64,000 bases of DNA from Eubacteriales bacterium (GCA_045544855.1 JAZPZV010000055.1:19189-83188); one strand, 5' to 3'; shown: positions 1 through 9,458, counted from the first letter of the stretch. Numbers and translations: made by a program. The notes: generated from the letters alone by a model not told the origin.

Positions 1-1089
1 GGCTACCTGCTCCAAAAAGGGCAGGCAGAACCCCTTTGCTTCACCCCCTTCGCCCGGAAGCGGGGGCATAAGATGGCATACAGCCGTGACTTTATGGAAA
101 ACAGCCGTGTGCGGGTGGAATTCCTCCCCGACGGCAGTATCGGGGGAGTCTACGGCGGTATCGGGGGCGTGTACGGCAAGGACGGCAGAAATTATCTCCG
201 TGGCGCAGGCAACAAATTGCAGGTCTTCCTTGACAACGAGGACGGCTGGGAGGTTCCTGCACCCGAACAGCTCACCAAGGAGTATCCCGTCAAGCTCACC
301 TCCGTCCGCACCTCTCAGAAGGGGGCGGCGTTGGTGCGTACCTCCCGTTACGTTTGCGGCAAGAGCGTGATCCTGCAACAAGTGATCCTGCGGGAGGATT
401 GTCCCAGAATCGACTTTGTCACCAAGGTGGATTGGAAGGAATCCCATCGGCTTCTCCGCGCCTCCTTCCCCATGGCGGCCACTGCGGAAAACGCCCTGTG
501 CGGCATTCAGTTCGGCGCCGTGAACCGCCCCACCACCCAAAACACCACCTGGGAACAGGCCAAGCGTGAGGTCTGCTTCCACAAATACGTGGATCTTTCC
601 GACGACGAGCGGGGTGCGGCGTTGCTGTCCGATTGCAAGTACGGCGTGTGCCTGCGGGATTGCGATCTTTCTCTGGCACTTCTCCGTTCTCCCACCTATC
701 CGGGAGAGGGGGCAGACCTTGGGGAACACACCTTCACCTATTCCTTCTATCCCCACCGGAGGGGGATAGGCACCGTGATCCCCGAGGCGTACAGAATGGA
801 ATACCCTGTGGAAAAGCATCAAGGCGCCTGCGAATTGGACGTTCCCTTCGCCCGGGCGACGGGGCTCTGCGTGGAGACGGTGAAGCCTGCCGAGGACGGC
901 AGGGGGATCATCGTCCGCCTTTACAACCCGAAAAATTGCAGCCTTGAAACCACCGTGGAGACGGCGCCCGTCCTGGGCTTTACTTCCTGCACCCGTGTGG
1001 ATCTGTTGGAGCGGGAAGCAGAACCCTTGGCATTACAGCCTGTTTTGCAGGTGAAGCCCTACGAGATCGTGACGCTTAGGTTTGAATGA
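1..1089 (+). CDS. GH38 alpha-mannosidase, C-terminal part (5' end lies outside the window)
   Basis: Frame 1 is open from nt 1, with no stop before the listed ATG at 73. KVDWKESHRLLRASFP and DLSDDERGAALLSDCKYG resemble the GH38 central and C-terminal domains. Confidence 0.7.
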   Translation, partial: GYLLQKGQAEPLCFTPFARKRGHKMAYSRDFMENSRVRVEFLPDGSIGGVYGGIGGVYGKDGRNYLRGAGNKLQVFLDNEDGWEVPAPEQLTKEYPVKLTSVRTSQKGAALVRTSRYVCGKSVILQQVILREDCPRIDFVTKVDWKESHRLLRASFPMAATAENALCGIQFGAVNRPTTQNTTWEQAKREVCFHKYVDLSDDERGAALLSDCKYGVCLRDCDLSLALLRSPTYPGEGADLGEHTFTYSFYPHRRGIGTVIPEAYRMEYPVEKHQGACELDVPFARATGLCVETVKPAEDGRGIIVRLYNPKNCSLETTVETAPVLGFTSCTRVDLLEREAEPLALQPVLQVKPYEIVTLRFE

Positions 1090-1145
1090 AAATAAAAATT
1101 CGATCAAAAATGCCGCCTAAACGGTAGAATATTCGCCCAACACCG

Positions 1146-1174
1146 TTGACATACGCCCAAAAGTATGGTACAAT
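1146..1174 (+). promoter_or_regulatory. sigma-A type promoter upstream of the Fic gene
   Basis: TTGACA (1146-1151), 17-nt spacer, TACAAT (1169-1174). AGGAGG RBS lies before the ATG at 1202. Confidence 0.5.
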
Positions 1175-1201
1175 TGATCGCAAAGAAAGGAGGTTGGGAG
1201 A

Positions 1202-2248
1202 ATGAGAACTTTTTGCTACGATGCTCTTTCCAAGGCATCCTGGGACAGCGAGATCCTAAGTCTTGTGGCGCAAATACACGAATACAAGGGAAGGCAGGAG
1301 CTGTTTCTGCGCCAAAAGCCCGCCGTTCTTGATCGGTTGGTGGAGATCGCAAAGGTGCAGAGTACAGAAGCTTCCAATAAGATCGAAGGGATCGTTACTA
1401 CCAACACCCGCATCAAGCAGCTTTGCGATGACAAAACAACTCCCCGCAATCGCGACGAGGAGGAGATCATAGGATACCGGGATGTTTTGAACACGATTCA
1501 CGAGAATTTCGAGTATATCCCCATCAAGTCTGCCTATATTCTTCAGCTTCACCGGGATCTTTATAAGTATTCTGGGAAAAGCATTGGCGGCAGGTACAAA
1601 TCTACTCAGAATTACGTTGCGGAGACGCGTTCCGACGGAACGCAGGTGATCCGTTTTATGCCTCTTGCACCCTATGAAACCCCCGAAGCCATCGAGGCGA
1701 TTTGCGAAAGCTTCAATCGTGCCATCGACGGCTGTGTGGTTGACCCTTTGGTGCTGATCCCCGTTTTTATAAACGATTTTCTTTGCATCCATCCCTTTAA
1801 CGACGGCAACGGAAGAATGTCCCGTTTGCTTACGACTTTGCTTCTTTACCGTTGCGGATACGTGGTGGGCAGGTATATCAGTATCGAAAGCAAGATCGAA
1901 CGTACCAAGCAGCAGTATTACGATGTCCTTGAACGTTGCGGCCGCGGTTGGCACGAGGAGCAAAACCATCCCGAAGATTTTATCAAATATATTCTTGGAA
2001 TCCTCCTTGCAGCGTATCGCGAGTTTGAGGAACGGGTGGATCTCTTTGATGAAAAGCCTCCGGCGATAGAGTTGGTTCGTAAAGCGGTGCTTTCCAAGCT
2101 TGGAAAGTTTACTAAGAGCGAGATCGAAGAGTTGGTTCCTTCCATCAAAAAGACCTCCGTGGGGAACTCTCTCAAAGCGTTGGTAGAGGAGGGCTTTATT
2201 AGGCGCCACGGTGCAGGAAAAAGCACCTTCTATACCAGAACCCAATAA
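1202..2248 (+). CDS. Fic family protein (AMPylase-type) with internal inhibitory motif and C-terminal winged-helix-like tail
   Basis: Fic motif HPFNDGNGRMSR starts at nt 1790. The (S/T)xxxE(G/N) inhibitory motif SNKIEG is at nt 1373-1390. Strong RBS. Confidence 0.9.
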   Translation: MRTFCYDALSKASWDSEILSLVAQIHEYKGRQELFLRQKPAVLDRLVEIAKVQSTEASNKIEGIVTTNTRIKQLCDDKTTPRNRDEEEIIGYRDVLNTIHENFEYIPIKSAYILQLHRDLYKYSGKSIGGRYKSTQNYVAETRSDGTQVIRFMPLAPYETPEAIEAICESFNRAIDGCVVDPLVLIPVFINDFLCIHPFNDGNGRMSRLLTTLLLYRCGYVVGRYISIESKIERTKQQYYDVLERCGRGWHEEQNHPEDFIKYILGILLAAYREFEERVDLFDEKPPAIELVRKAVLSKLGKFTKSEIEELVPSIKKTSVGNSLKALVEEGFIRRHGAGKSTFYTRTQ

Positions 2249-2295
2249 CACAAAAAAACCCGCTTCGGCGGGCTGTGAAAGGAATGGTCACAAGT

Positions 2296-3282
2296 ATGAA
2301 AAAACTCGTGTTTTGTATTTGCTTGGCGTTGTTGATGGTAGGCTGCAGCGCTCCTTTGGAAGGCTCCGACAAAAGCCAACCGCCTTCCGTTTCCGTTCCT
2401 CAAGAGGAAAGCCGGGCTACCTCCTCCGAACCCGAGGCTGAATCCTCCGATCAAAGCGGGCCACCTGCCGTTTCCGTTCCTCAAGAGGAAAGCCGCACCG
2501 ATTCGGCGGAGCCTGAAGCAGAAGCGCTCATCGACAGGATCTACCGCTTGAACCGCGAGGAATTCCAAGCCTTTGTAAAGGATATCGGCGGAGAGACTTT
2601 CCCCACGGAGGCTGTCAGCTATGCACCGGACGACGAAGCGCTTGAAGAGCCCGTTCGTCTTCGCTGGGAGCAGTTTTATCGGGAATTCACCTGCACCAAA
2701 GCCGGCTTTGAGGCGCTCCTTTCCGAGAAAGGCGTTCAGCAAGAGCTGAAGGAAGTCACCTTGTTCATGAACTACGAGGAGCTTCCCATGGCTTGGTTGC
2801 AAACGGAAGAACGTTCTTTCTTCCTGTGGGGAACCTTTGCAACCGGGGATTTGACCTTTGTCTTCTCCCGGGATTCCGACTTCGTCGCCTTTTTTGCGGA
2901 AAAAGAGTGTAAAGTGCTTGTGAACGGAGAAGACATCGATTCCGCCGTTCCCGGGATCCTCCACGGCTTTTCCGCCGAAGTTCCGATGCTTGCCGTTCTT
3001 CAAAAGCTTGGTGCAACCGTGGCGTGGGAATCTTCCGAAAAAGCCTCCGTCTGCCTTGGCGGGGAAACCTATGGCTTGGATCTGGAGCTTGTCACCTTCG
3101 GCGCAGAGGAAGATCTTCTTGGGGATTGCCTCGTCGCCGGGGGATACAGCGTCTATTACCCTGTAGAGGGAGACGTGATGATCTCCCATACCGCAATGCT
3201 GACCCTTTTGGATGAGTTGGGGATCGGCTGTTCCGTTTCTATGGAAAACGAAAAAGCGGTGATCGAATACTTGTCCGAATAA
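2296..3282 (+). CDS. lipoprotein with repeated acidic linker and a copper-amine-oxidase-N-terminal-like (stalk) C-terminal domain
   Basis: MKKLVFCICLALLMVGC has a lipobox. The C-terminal LAVLQKLGATVAWESSEKASV resembles the stalk domain. The start could also be 2275 or 2284. Confidence 0.55.
   Translation: MKKLVFCICLALLMVGCSAPLEGSDKSQPPSVSVPQEESRATSSEPEAESSDQSGPPAVSVPQEESRTDSAEPEAEALIDRIYRLNREEFQAFVKDIGGETFPTEAVSYAPDDEALEEPVRLRWEQFYREFTCTKAGFEALLSEKGVQQELKEVTLFMNYEELPMAWLQTEERSFFLWGTFATGDLTFVFSRDSDFVAFFAEKECKVLVNGEDIDSAVPGILHGFSAEVPMLAVLQKLGATVAWESSEKASVCLGGETYGLDLELVTFGAEEDLLGDCLVAGGYSVYYPVEGDVMISHTAMLTLLDELGIGCSVSMENEKAVIEYLSE
2377..2532 (+). repeat. 81-bp (27-codon) tandem duplication inside the lipoprotein linker
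   Basis: CCGTTTCCGTTCCTCAAGAGGAAAGCC occurs at 2387-2413 and again at 2468-2494. The peptides are PPSVSVPQEESRATSSEPEAE and PPAVSVPQEESRTDSAEPEAE. Confidence 0.7.
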
Positions 3283-3293
3283 CCCAATAACGC

Positions 3294-3324
3294 AAAAAAC
3301 CCCGCTTTAACAGCGGGGTTTTGT
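3294..3324. terminator. bidirectional intrinsic terminator between convergent genes
   Basis: Stem AACCCCGCT/AGCGGGGTT, flanked by an A-run upstream and a T-run downstream. Confidence 0.6.
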
Positions 3325-3333
3325 CATATCAAA

Positions 3334-4389
3334 TTAAAGATCGGAAAGCAAATCCTTTTCCTCGGGGATGACGATGCGTCTGCCCTCGGCGATGGCCTGA
3401 TGTGCCAAGGTCACGGTACGGAAGGAGGAATACACCGCATCGATGGGAACCACGCCCTTGGCGTCGTTTTCGATCATATCGATCAGATTCAGATACTGAC
3501 CGTACATATCCTTATACACGGAATCGTAATCCAGAATCACGTCGGGCTTGTTTTCGTCCCCGTAGTAGATGCAGATACGGTCCTTATCGGTGATGCCGTC
3601 GGTACGGTTCATGGCCATGGTGAGGGTGATGTGCCCCTTGGTGCCGATGAAATCCTTATCGTTGTTGGAGGAGATGTTGTTGCTCCAGCCCACCTCGTAG
3701 TAGCCGCGGCAGCCGTTGGCCAGCTCCATGTTCATCACCTGGTAGTTATCGATGGGGGAATCCTCATCCAGCTTGGCGGAAATACCGCTGACAGCCACGA
3801 TGGGGGAATTTGCAAACCACTGGATCACGTCCGCATAATGGACGCCGCAGTCGATGAGGGGCGGGCAGTCCTGCATGAGACGGATGAATCTGTCCCAGGG
3901 GTGACCCGGTTCCCCTGCACGGTGGCTCTGGTTCATGCGCACCATGCGAAGCTCCCCGATCTCCCCTGCGTCGATCAACTCCTTGATCTTGCGGTAGGAA
4001 CGGTTGTAGCGCAACACGTGGGAGACGGAAACCTTACTGTCGCTGTTCTTTACCAGACGGACGAACTCTCTGGCATCCTCCAGATTGGTGGCAATGGGCT
4101 TTTCGCAGATCACGTGCTTGCCGTGGGCGATACAATCCTTCAGGATGGCAAAGTGGGTATCCGTATAGGTGGCAATGATGACGATCTCCACCTCGGGATA
4201 TGCCAAAAAGGGGCGGTAATCCGTCCCGTAATGCTTTGCCTCAAAACGGCGGGCAAACTCACGGGCAATGGATTCGTTGGTGTCGATGGTGGCGACGATG
4301 GTCGCCTCGTGCTTGTCGTAGATCTCTTGAATGTGCTGTTCGCCGATGTGGCCACAGCCGATCAGGATCACTCCGTAGGATTTTTTCAT
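3334..4389 (-). CDS. Gfo/Idh/MocA family oxidoreductase
   Basis: N-terminal Rossmann motif ILIGCGHIGEQH and the EKP motif (ICEKPIA) typical of the family. Confidence 0.85.
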   Translation of the reverse strand: MKKSYGVILIGCGHIGEQHIQEIYDKHEATIVATIDTNESIAREFARRFEAKHYGTDYRPFLAYPEVEIVIIATYTDTHFAILKDCIAHGKHVICEKPIATNLEDAREFVRLVKNSDSKVSVSHVLRYNRSYRKIKELIDAGEIGELRMVRMNQSHRAGEPGHPWDRFIRLMQDCPPLIDCGVHYADVIQWFANSPIVAVSGISAKLDEDSPIDNYQVMNMELANGCRGYYEVGWSNNISSNNDKDFIGTKGHITLTMAMNRTDGITDKDRICIYYGDENKPDVILDYDSVYKDMYGQYLNLIDMIENDAKGVVPIDAVYSSFRTVTLAHQAIAEGRRIVIPEEKDLLSDL

Positions 4390-4473
4390 TCGGCACGTCC
4401 TCTTTCCGCAGGGGAAGCTTCCCCGGGAATGTCACAGGTTGGTGGAAAATGATCGAGCTAATTCCGAAAGGGT

Positions 4474-5055
4474 TCAGTTTCTTTCAACCAGCAAAGCGGT
4501 ATCCCGCTCTACCAGACGGACCGCCAGGGCAGTCACCTCGGAAAGGGGCAGGGGAGAGGGGTTGCGCACCCAATCCACGTAAAGGTTCAACACGCCGTGT
4601 GCCATGTAGGAAAGGCAGAGACGGAGAGAAGCATCGCTTGCGTCGGTGTAGTTGCGGTAAACCGCCATCAAAGCGGTCATGCACTTTTCTCCCATTGCAC
4701 GCAGGAAGAAGGTGCAGGTGTTTTCCAGACAGAAGGCACGGAAGATCTCGGGCTGTTCGTTGATCTTGCCGTGGATATGCTCCAAAAACTTTGCGGGGAT
4801 GAACAGATTGCCCTCCGCAAGGGACACCTCCAAAGCTTCGGTAAACAGAGCGTTCCCTTTGGAGATCAGCTCGTTGGCCACGTCCTCAATGCCGGTGTAG
4901 TGGAGATAGAAGGTCTTACGGTTGATGTCCGCCTTCAAGGTCAGTTCGGTGATGGTGATCTCTTCCAGAGGTTTCTCGGAGAGAAGCTGGAGCAAAGCCA
5001 CAGCGATGGCACGCTTGGTTTTGATGATTCGTCTGTCGATCTTGGTTCTTGCCAT
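4474..5055 (-). CDS. TetR/AcrR family transcriptional regulator
   Basis: N-terminal HTH region (IKTKRAIAVALLQLLSEKPLEEITITELTLKADINRKTFYLHY), about 190 aa. It lies directly upstream of the oxidoreductase on the same strand. Confidence 0.85.
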   Translation of the reverse strand: MARTKIDRRIIKTKRAIAVALLQLLSEKPLEEITITELTLKADINRKTFYLHYTGIEDVANELISKGNALFTEALEVSLAEGNLFIPAKFLEHIHGKINEQPEIFRAFCLENTCTFFLRAMGEKCMTALMAVYRNYTDASDASLRLCLSYMAHGVLNLYVDWVRNPSPLPLSEVTALAVRLVERDTALLVERN

Positions 5056-5111
5056 GGAAACGGCTCCTTCTATATCTTGAAAGTGATGGTAGAAAAAAGG
5101 TCTTTTGCAAG

Positions 5112-5127
5112 GGGAATGGCCATTCCC
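5112..5127. promoter_or_regulatory. perfect 16-bp palindrome, candidate TetR operator
   Basis: GGGAATGGCCATTCCC equals its own reverse complement. It lies 57-72 nt upstream of the tetR start, within a longer imperfect inverted repeat (5102-5145). Confidence 0.3.
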
Positions 5128-5301
5128 GTCTCCCTTCGCAAAAGCGTTTGTTTCTTGTATTGTGCAATATTATACCACATTTTTGAGCGTTTTGCTACCT
5201 AATTTTTCATAAATTTTCTTTTGTTTTTTTGTCGCTTTATACAAAAGAAGGCAAAGAACCTCGGGTGACGGGATTTTTTTGCAACTTGGCGAAACACCCT
5301 C

Positions 5302-5330
5302 TTGCATTTTTTGCGCCTTGGTGTTATACT
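5302..5330 (+). promoter_or_regulatory. sigma-A type promoter of metF-metH
   Basis: TTGCAT (5302-5307), 17-nt spacer ending in TGT, TATACT (5325-5330). This leaves only about 25 nt of leader. Confidence 0.5.
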
Positions 5331-5359
5331 GCCAATATGAAGAACCACGGAGGCGTTTT

Positions 5360-6238
5360 ATGAAGATCAGTCGTTTGTTGCAGCAGGAGACCTTGTCTAT
5401 TTCCTTTGAGGTATTTCCCCCGAAAACGGAAAGCAGCTTTGATTCCGTCAAGGCCGCCACGGAGGAGATCGCCCGTCTGAAGCCCGCCTTTATGAGCGTC
5501 ACCTACGGTGCGGGCGGGGGTACCAGCAAGTATACGTTGGAGATCGCAAAGAACATCAAGGAGACCTACGGCGTTCCCTCTCTCGCTCACCTCACCTGCG
5601 TGTCCTCTACCCGCGGGACGGTGAAGGAACGGATCGCAGACATCAAGGCGGCGGGGATCGAAAACGTGATGGCCCTGCGGGGAGACATCCCGAAGGAGCT
5701 GGAAAATGCCGACCGTACCGGTTGGGCGTACCACCACGCCGTGGAGCTGGTGCGGGAATTAAAGGAGGCTGACCCCGATCTTTGCATCGGCGGGGCGTGC
5801 TACCCGGAGATCCATCCCGAAAGCGAAAGCCAAAAGGCGGATATCTTCTACCTGAAGGAAAAGGTGGACGCAGGGTGTGATTTTTTGACCACTCAGATGT
5901 TTTTTGATAACAATCTCCTTTACAATTTCCTGTATAAGATCCGTGAAGCGGGGATCACCGTGCCCATCGTGCCGGGGATCATGCCCATTACCAAGGCCAC
6001 CCAGGTGGACAGAGCCATCAAGCTTTCCGGCTCTTTTATGCCCAGACGGTTTATCTCCCTGGTGGACCGCTTCGGAGGCGATCCCAACGCCATGAAGCAG
6101 GCGGGCATCGCCTACGCCACGGATCAGATCATCGATCTGTACGCCAACGGCATCAAGAACGTCCACGTCTATACCATGAACAACCCCGACGTGGCGGAAA
6201 AGATCATGGCAAATCTTTCGGATATCTTAGGAAAATAA
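5360..6238 (+). CDS. metF: 5,10-methylenetetrahydrofolate reductase
   Basis: SFEVFPPKT and SVTYGAGG motifs. ATG at 5360 is preceded by GGAGG; the listed upstream extension from 5279 has no RBS. Confidence 0.9.
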   Translation: MKISRLLQQETLSISFEVFPPKTESSFDSVKAATEEIARLKPAFMSVTYGAGGGTSKYTLEIAKNIKETYGVPSLAHLTCVSSTRGTVKERIADIKAAGIENVMALRGDIPKELENADRTGWAYHHAVELVRELKEADPDLCIGGACYPEIHPESESQKADIFYLKEKVDAGCDFLTTQMFFDNNLLYNFLYKIREAGITVPIVPGIMPITKATQVDRAIKLSGSFMPRRFISLVDRFGGDPNAMKQAGIAYATDQIIDLYANGIKNVHVYTMNNPDVAEKIMANLSDILGK

Positions 6239-6241
6239 AGT

Positions 6242-8614
6242 ATGACTTTTCTGGAACACTTACAAAACCGCATCCTGCTGTTGGACGGCGGCATGGGAAC
6301 CTTGCTCCAGCAGGCGGGTCTGAAGCCCGGGGAGCATCCCGAGGAATGGAATCTTTCCCACCCCGAGGTGGTGACGGGGGTGCACCGCGCCTATTTTGAG
6401 GCGGGAAGCAACCTTGTCTGCACCAACACCTTCGGAGCGAATACCTTAAAATTTGAAGAAGGTCACCTGCGGGAGATCATCTTCGCAGGGGTGAACTGCG
6501 CAAGAATAGCCGCCGAGGGCAAGGAAGGCCGCTTCGTGGCCCTGGACGTCGGCCCTACGGGGAAGCTTCTTGCCCCCACGGGGAATTTACCCTTTGAGGA
6601 GGCAGTTGCAATCTTCGCCGCCACCGTCCGTTTGGGCGTGGAGGCGGGGGTGGATGCCATCCTGATCGAAACCATGACGGACAGCTACGAGACCAAGGCC
6701 GCCCTTTTGGCCGCCAAGGAGAACTGTGATCTGCCCGTTCTGGTGACCAACGCCTACGGAAGCGACGGCAAGCTGATGACGGGGGCAACCCCCGCCGCCA
6801 TGGTTGCTCTTTTGGAGGGCATGGGAGTCTGTGCCCTGGGTGCAAACTGCTCGCTGGGCCCCAAGCAGCTTGCGGGGGTGGCAAGGGAGCTGTTGGCAAA
6901 CGCCTCCGTTCCCGTGATCTTAAAGCCCAACGCAGGCCTGCCCGCAGTGCGGGAGGGGAAGACGGAATACGACGTGACCCCCGAGGAATTCGCCACGGAA
7001 TTGGCGGAGCTGGTCAAAGAGGGCGTTCGCCTGGCGGGGGGCTGTTGCGGAACAACGCCTGCATTTATCAAGGCGTTACATACCGCTGTGGAAGGGCTCG
7101 ACCCCGTTCCCGTGGGGGAAAAGCAGATCACCGCGGTATCTTCCTATACCCACGCCGTGGAGTTTGGAGAAAAGCCCCTTCTCATCGGCGAACGGATCAA
7201 CCCCACGGGGAAGAAGCGGCTGAAGCAGGCCATCTTGGAAGGGGATATGAACTACCTGTTGGAGCAGGGCATCGCCCAGGCGGAGGCGGGCGTACACCTT
7301 TTGGATGTAAACGTGGGCTTGCCGGGCATTGACGAGGGGGAAGTGCTCTCCCGTGCCGTATCGGAATTGCAGGGTGTCACCGACCTGCCCTTGCAGATCG
7401 ATACCGCAGACGTAACAGCCATGGAAAAAGCCCTGCGGCTCTACAACGGCAAGGCCTTGGTGAACTCCGTCTGCGGCAAGCAGGAGAGCATGGACAGCCT
7501 GTTCCCTTTGGTGAAGAAGTACGGCGGCGTGGTCATCGCTTTGACCTTGGACGAAAACGGCATCCCTTCCGCCGCGGAGGGGAGAGTTGCCATTGCAAAG
7601 AGAATCATTGCGGAAGCGGCAAAATACGGCATTGACAAGAAAAACTTGGTGTTCGACACCCTTGCCATGACGGTGAGTGCGGATCAAAACGCCCCCGCCG
7701 TGACCTTGGAGGCCATGAAGCGGATCAAAACCGAGCTGGGGTGCCATACCTCCTTGGGGGTCTCCAACGTGTCCTTCGGGTTGCCCAATCGGGAAGGGGT
7801 CAACGGGGTGTTCTTCACCCTGGCCTTGGAAAACGGCCTTTCTGCCGCCATCATCAACCCCCTGTCCGCGGAGATGCGGAAGGCTTACTACACCTTCTTA
7901 ATGCTTCGGGGCATGGACGAAAACTGCATGGAATACGTGGCAAGGGCGGAAAGCTTTGCCACAACGGCGGTGACGGCTGTCGCTACGGAAAAAACAGAAA
8001 GCGCAGGCTCAGAGCTGCAAAAAGCGGTGGAAAAGGGGCTGCTTGCCAAGGCGGAGGAGCTGACGGCAAGGCTTTTGGAAAGCCGTGAGCCTCTGGATCT
8101 GGTGGAAAACGAGCTGCTTCCCGCACTGGACAAGGTGGGGAAGGGCTTCGAGAAGGGCAGCCTGTTCCTGCCCCAGCTTCTCATGTCCGCCGAGGCGGCA
8201 AAGCGTGCCTTTGGGAAGATCAAGGAAAAGCTTCCTCCCGGTGCGGGGGGGAAAGGCCCCTTCGTGCTGGCCACGGTGAAGGGGGATATCCACGACATCG
8301 GCAAGAACATCGTGGGGCTTCTGCTGGAAAATTACGGCTATACCGTCATCGATTTGGGGAAGGACGTGCCTCCCGAGGCGGTCGTGGAGGCGGTTTTGGA
8401 GAACCACGCCCCCTTGGCGGGGCTTTCCGCCTTGATGACCACCACCGTCCCCGCCATGGAGGAGACGGTGCGTCTCCTGCGGGAAAAAGCGCCCTTCTGT
8501 AAGATCGTGGTGGGGGGCGCGGTGCTGACAGAGGAATACGCCCGTGACATCGGCGCAGACGCCTACGGCAAGGACGCCATGGCGACGGTACGGTATGCGG
8601 AGGAAACCGTATGA
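6242..8614 (+). CDS. metH: cobalamin-dependent methionine synthase, short form (Hcy-binding, pterin-binding, B12 cap and B12-binding domains; no reactivation domain)
   Basis: 790 aa. B12-binding region VKGDIHDIGKNIV. The protein ends just after the B12 domain. Confidence 0.9.
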   Translation: MTFLEHLQNRILLLDGGMGTLLQQAGLKPGEHPEEWNLSHPEVVTGVHRAYFEAGSNLVCTNTFGANTLKFEEGHLREIIFAGVNCARIAAEGKEGRFVALDVGPTGKLLAPTGNLPFEEAVAIFAATVRLGVEAGVDAILIETMTDSYETKAALLAAKENCDLPVLVTNAYGSDGKLMTGATPAAMVALLEGMGVCALGANCSLGPKQLAGVARELLANASVPVILKPNAGLPAVREGKTEYDVTPEEFATELAELVKEGVRLAGGCCGTTPAFIKALHTAVEGLDPVPVGEKQITAVSSYTHAVEFGEKPLLIGERINPTGKKRLKQAILEGDMNYLLEQGIAQAEAGVHLLDVNVGLPGIDEGEVLSRAVSELQGVTDLPLQIDTADVTAMEKALRLYNGKALVNSVCGKQESMDSLFPLVKKYGGVVIALTLDENGIPSAAEGRVAIAKRIIAEAAKYGIDKKNLVFDTLAMTVSADQNAPAVTLEAMKRIKTELGCHTSLGVSNVSFGLPNREGVNGVFFTLALENGLSAAIINPLSAEMRKAYYTFLMLRGMDENCMEYVARAESFATTAVTAVATEKTESAGSELQKAVEKGLLAKAEELTARLLESREPLDLVENELLPALDKVGKGFEKGSLFLPQLLMSAEAAKRAFGKIKEKLPPGAGGKGPFVLATVKGDIHDIGKNIVGLLLENYGYTVIDLGKDVPPEAVVEAVLENHAPLAGLSALMTTTVPAMEETVRLLREKAPFCKIVVGGAVLTEEYARDIGADAYGKDAMATVRYAEETV

Positions 8615-9426
8615 ACCGCATTTTATGCTCCACGGGGGCGGTGATCGGCAGACCCAACGGCAGGGATTACAGACTGCTGGGGGAATGCATGGAGAAGCTG
8701 ACCTGTGACGGCTTTGAATTTATGATGTACGAGGATTGGCACAAGGATCTCCGGGGGCTTCTTGGCTTCTTGAAGGATCTTGGCGCCGCCTTCCCCGTGT
8801 TCCACGCAGAGAAATCCGTGGGCAACCTCATCAGCCGCGGGGAAGCGGGGGACGTGGAGACGGCTGTGGCCGCCTTCCGCAGTAATTGTGAGCTGGCGGT
8901 AGAGCTGAGAAGCGAAAAAATGGTGCTTCACCTTTGGGGCGGGCTGGATTCCGACAAGGAGATCTCCCGCAACATCGCCTGCTTTGGCACGCTGGACGCT
9001 ATTGCAAGGGAACACGGCCTGTTGCTCACGGTGGAAAACGTGGTCTGCAACCGCAAGGATCCCATGACCCACCTGGTTTCCCTGGCGGAGGCGTATCCCG
9101 ACGTTCGCTTTACCTTCGATACCAAAATGGCTCGGTTCCATCGGCAGACGGATCTGCTGTATGAAGAAGAAAACCGCTATCTGTTCCCTCGGTTTGCCCA
9201 CTTCCATATCAACGATTACGGCGGCGGGTATATGGATTGGGGGAATCTCCGTACCCTGCACCCGGGAGAGGGCGGGGTGGATTTTGATCGGCTGTTTGCC
9301 TTCCTGAAGGAGCAGGGGTACCGCGGCGACTTCACCGTGGAGGCCACCTCCTTTGACAGCACCGGGGCGATCGATTTCCACAAGCTGAACAGGACCTTTG
9401 AGGTCTTGAGAGGCTATTTGCAGTAA
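8611..9426 (+). CDS. xylose-isomerase-like TIM-barrel protein (sugar phosphate isomerase/epimerase family)
   Basis: ATGA overlap with the metH stop. LHLWGG, TVEN, HINDY and VEATS are spaced as expected for the family's metal ligands. Confidence 0.7.
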   Translation: MNRILCSTGAVIGRPNGRDYRLLGECMEKLTCDGFEFMMYEDWHKDLRGLLGFLKDLGAAFPVFHAEKSVGNLISRGEAGDVETAVAAFRSNCELAVELRSEKMVLHLWGGLDSDKEISRNIACFGTLDAIAREHGLLLTVENVVCNRKDPMTHLVSLAEAYPDVRFTFDTKMARFHRQTDLLYEEENRYLFPRFAHFHINDYGGGYMDWGNLRTLHPGEGGVDFDRLFAFLKEQGYRGDFTVEATSFDSTGAIDFHKLNRTFEVLRGYLQ

Positions 9427-9430
9427 AGAA

Positions 9431-9458
9431 AAACGACTCCGAAAGGGGTCGTTTTTTG
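9431..9458 (+). terminator. intrinsic terminator of the metF-metH operon
   Basis: ACGACTCC GAAA GGGGTCGT followed by TTTTTT. Confidence 0.7.

Noticed and set aside
136-177. A 21-nt tandem duplication in the GH38 gene (SIGGVYG / GIGGVYG).
   Set aside because: It is in-frame, short and imperfect (17 of 21 identical). It is most likely a benign slippage duplication in a loop, with no further signal.
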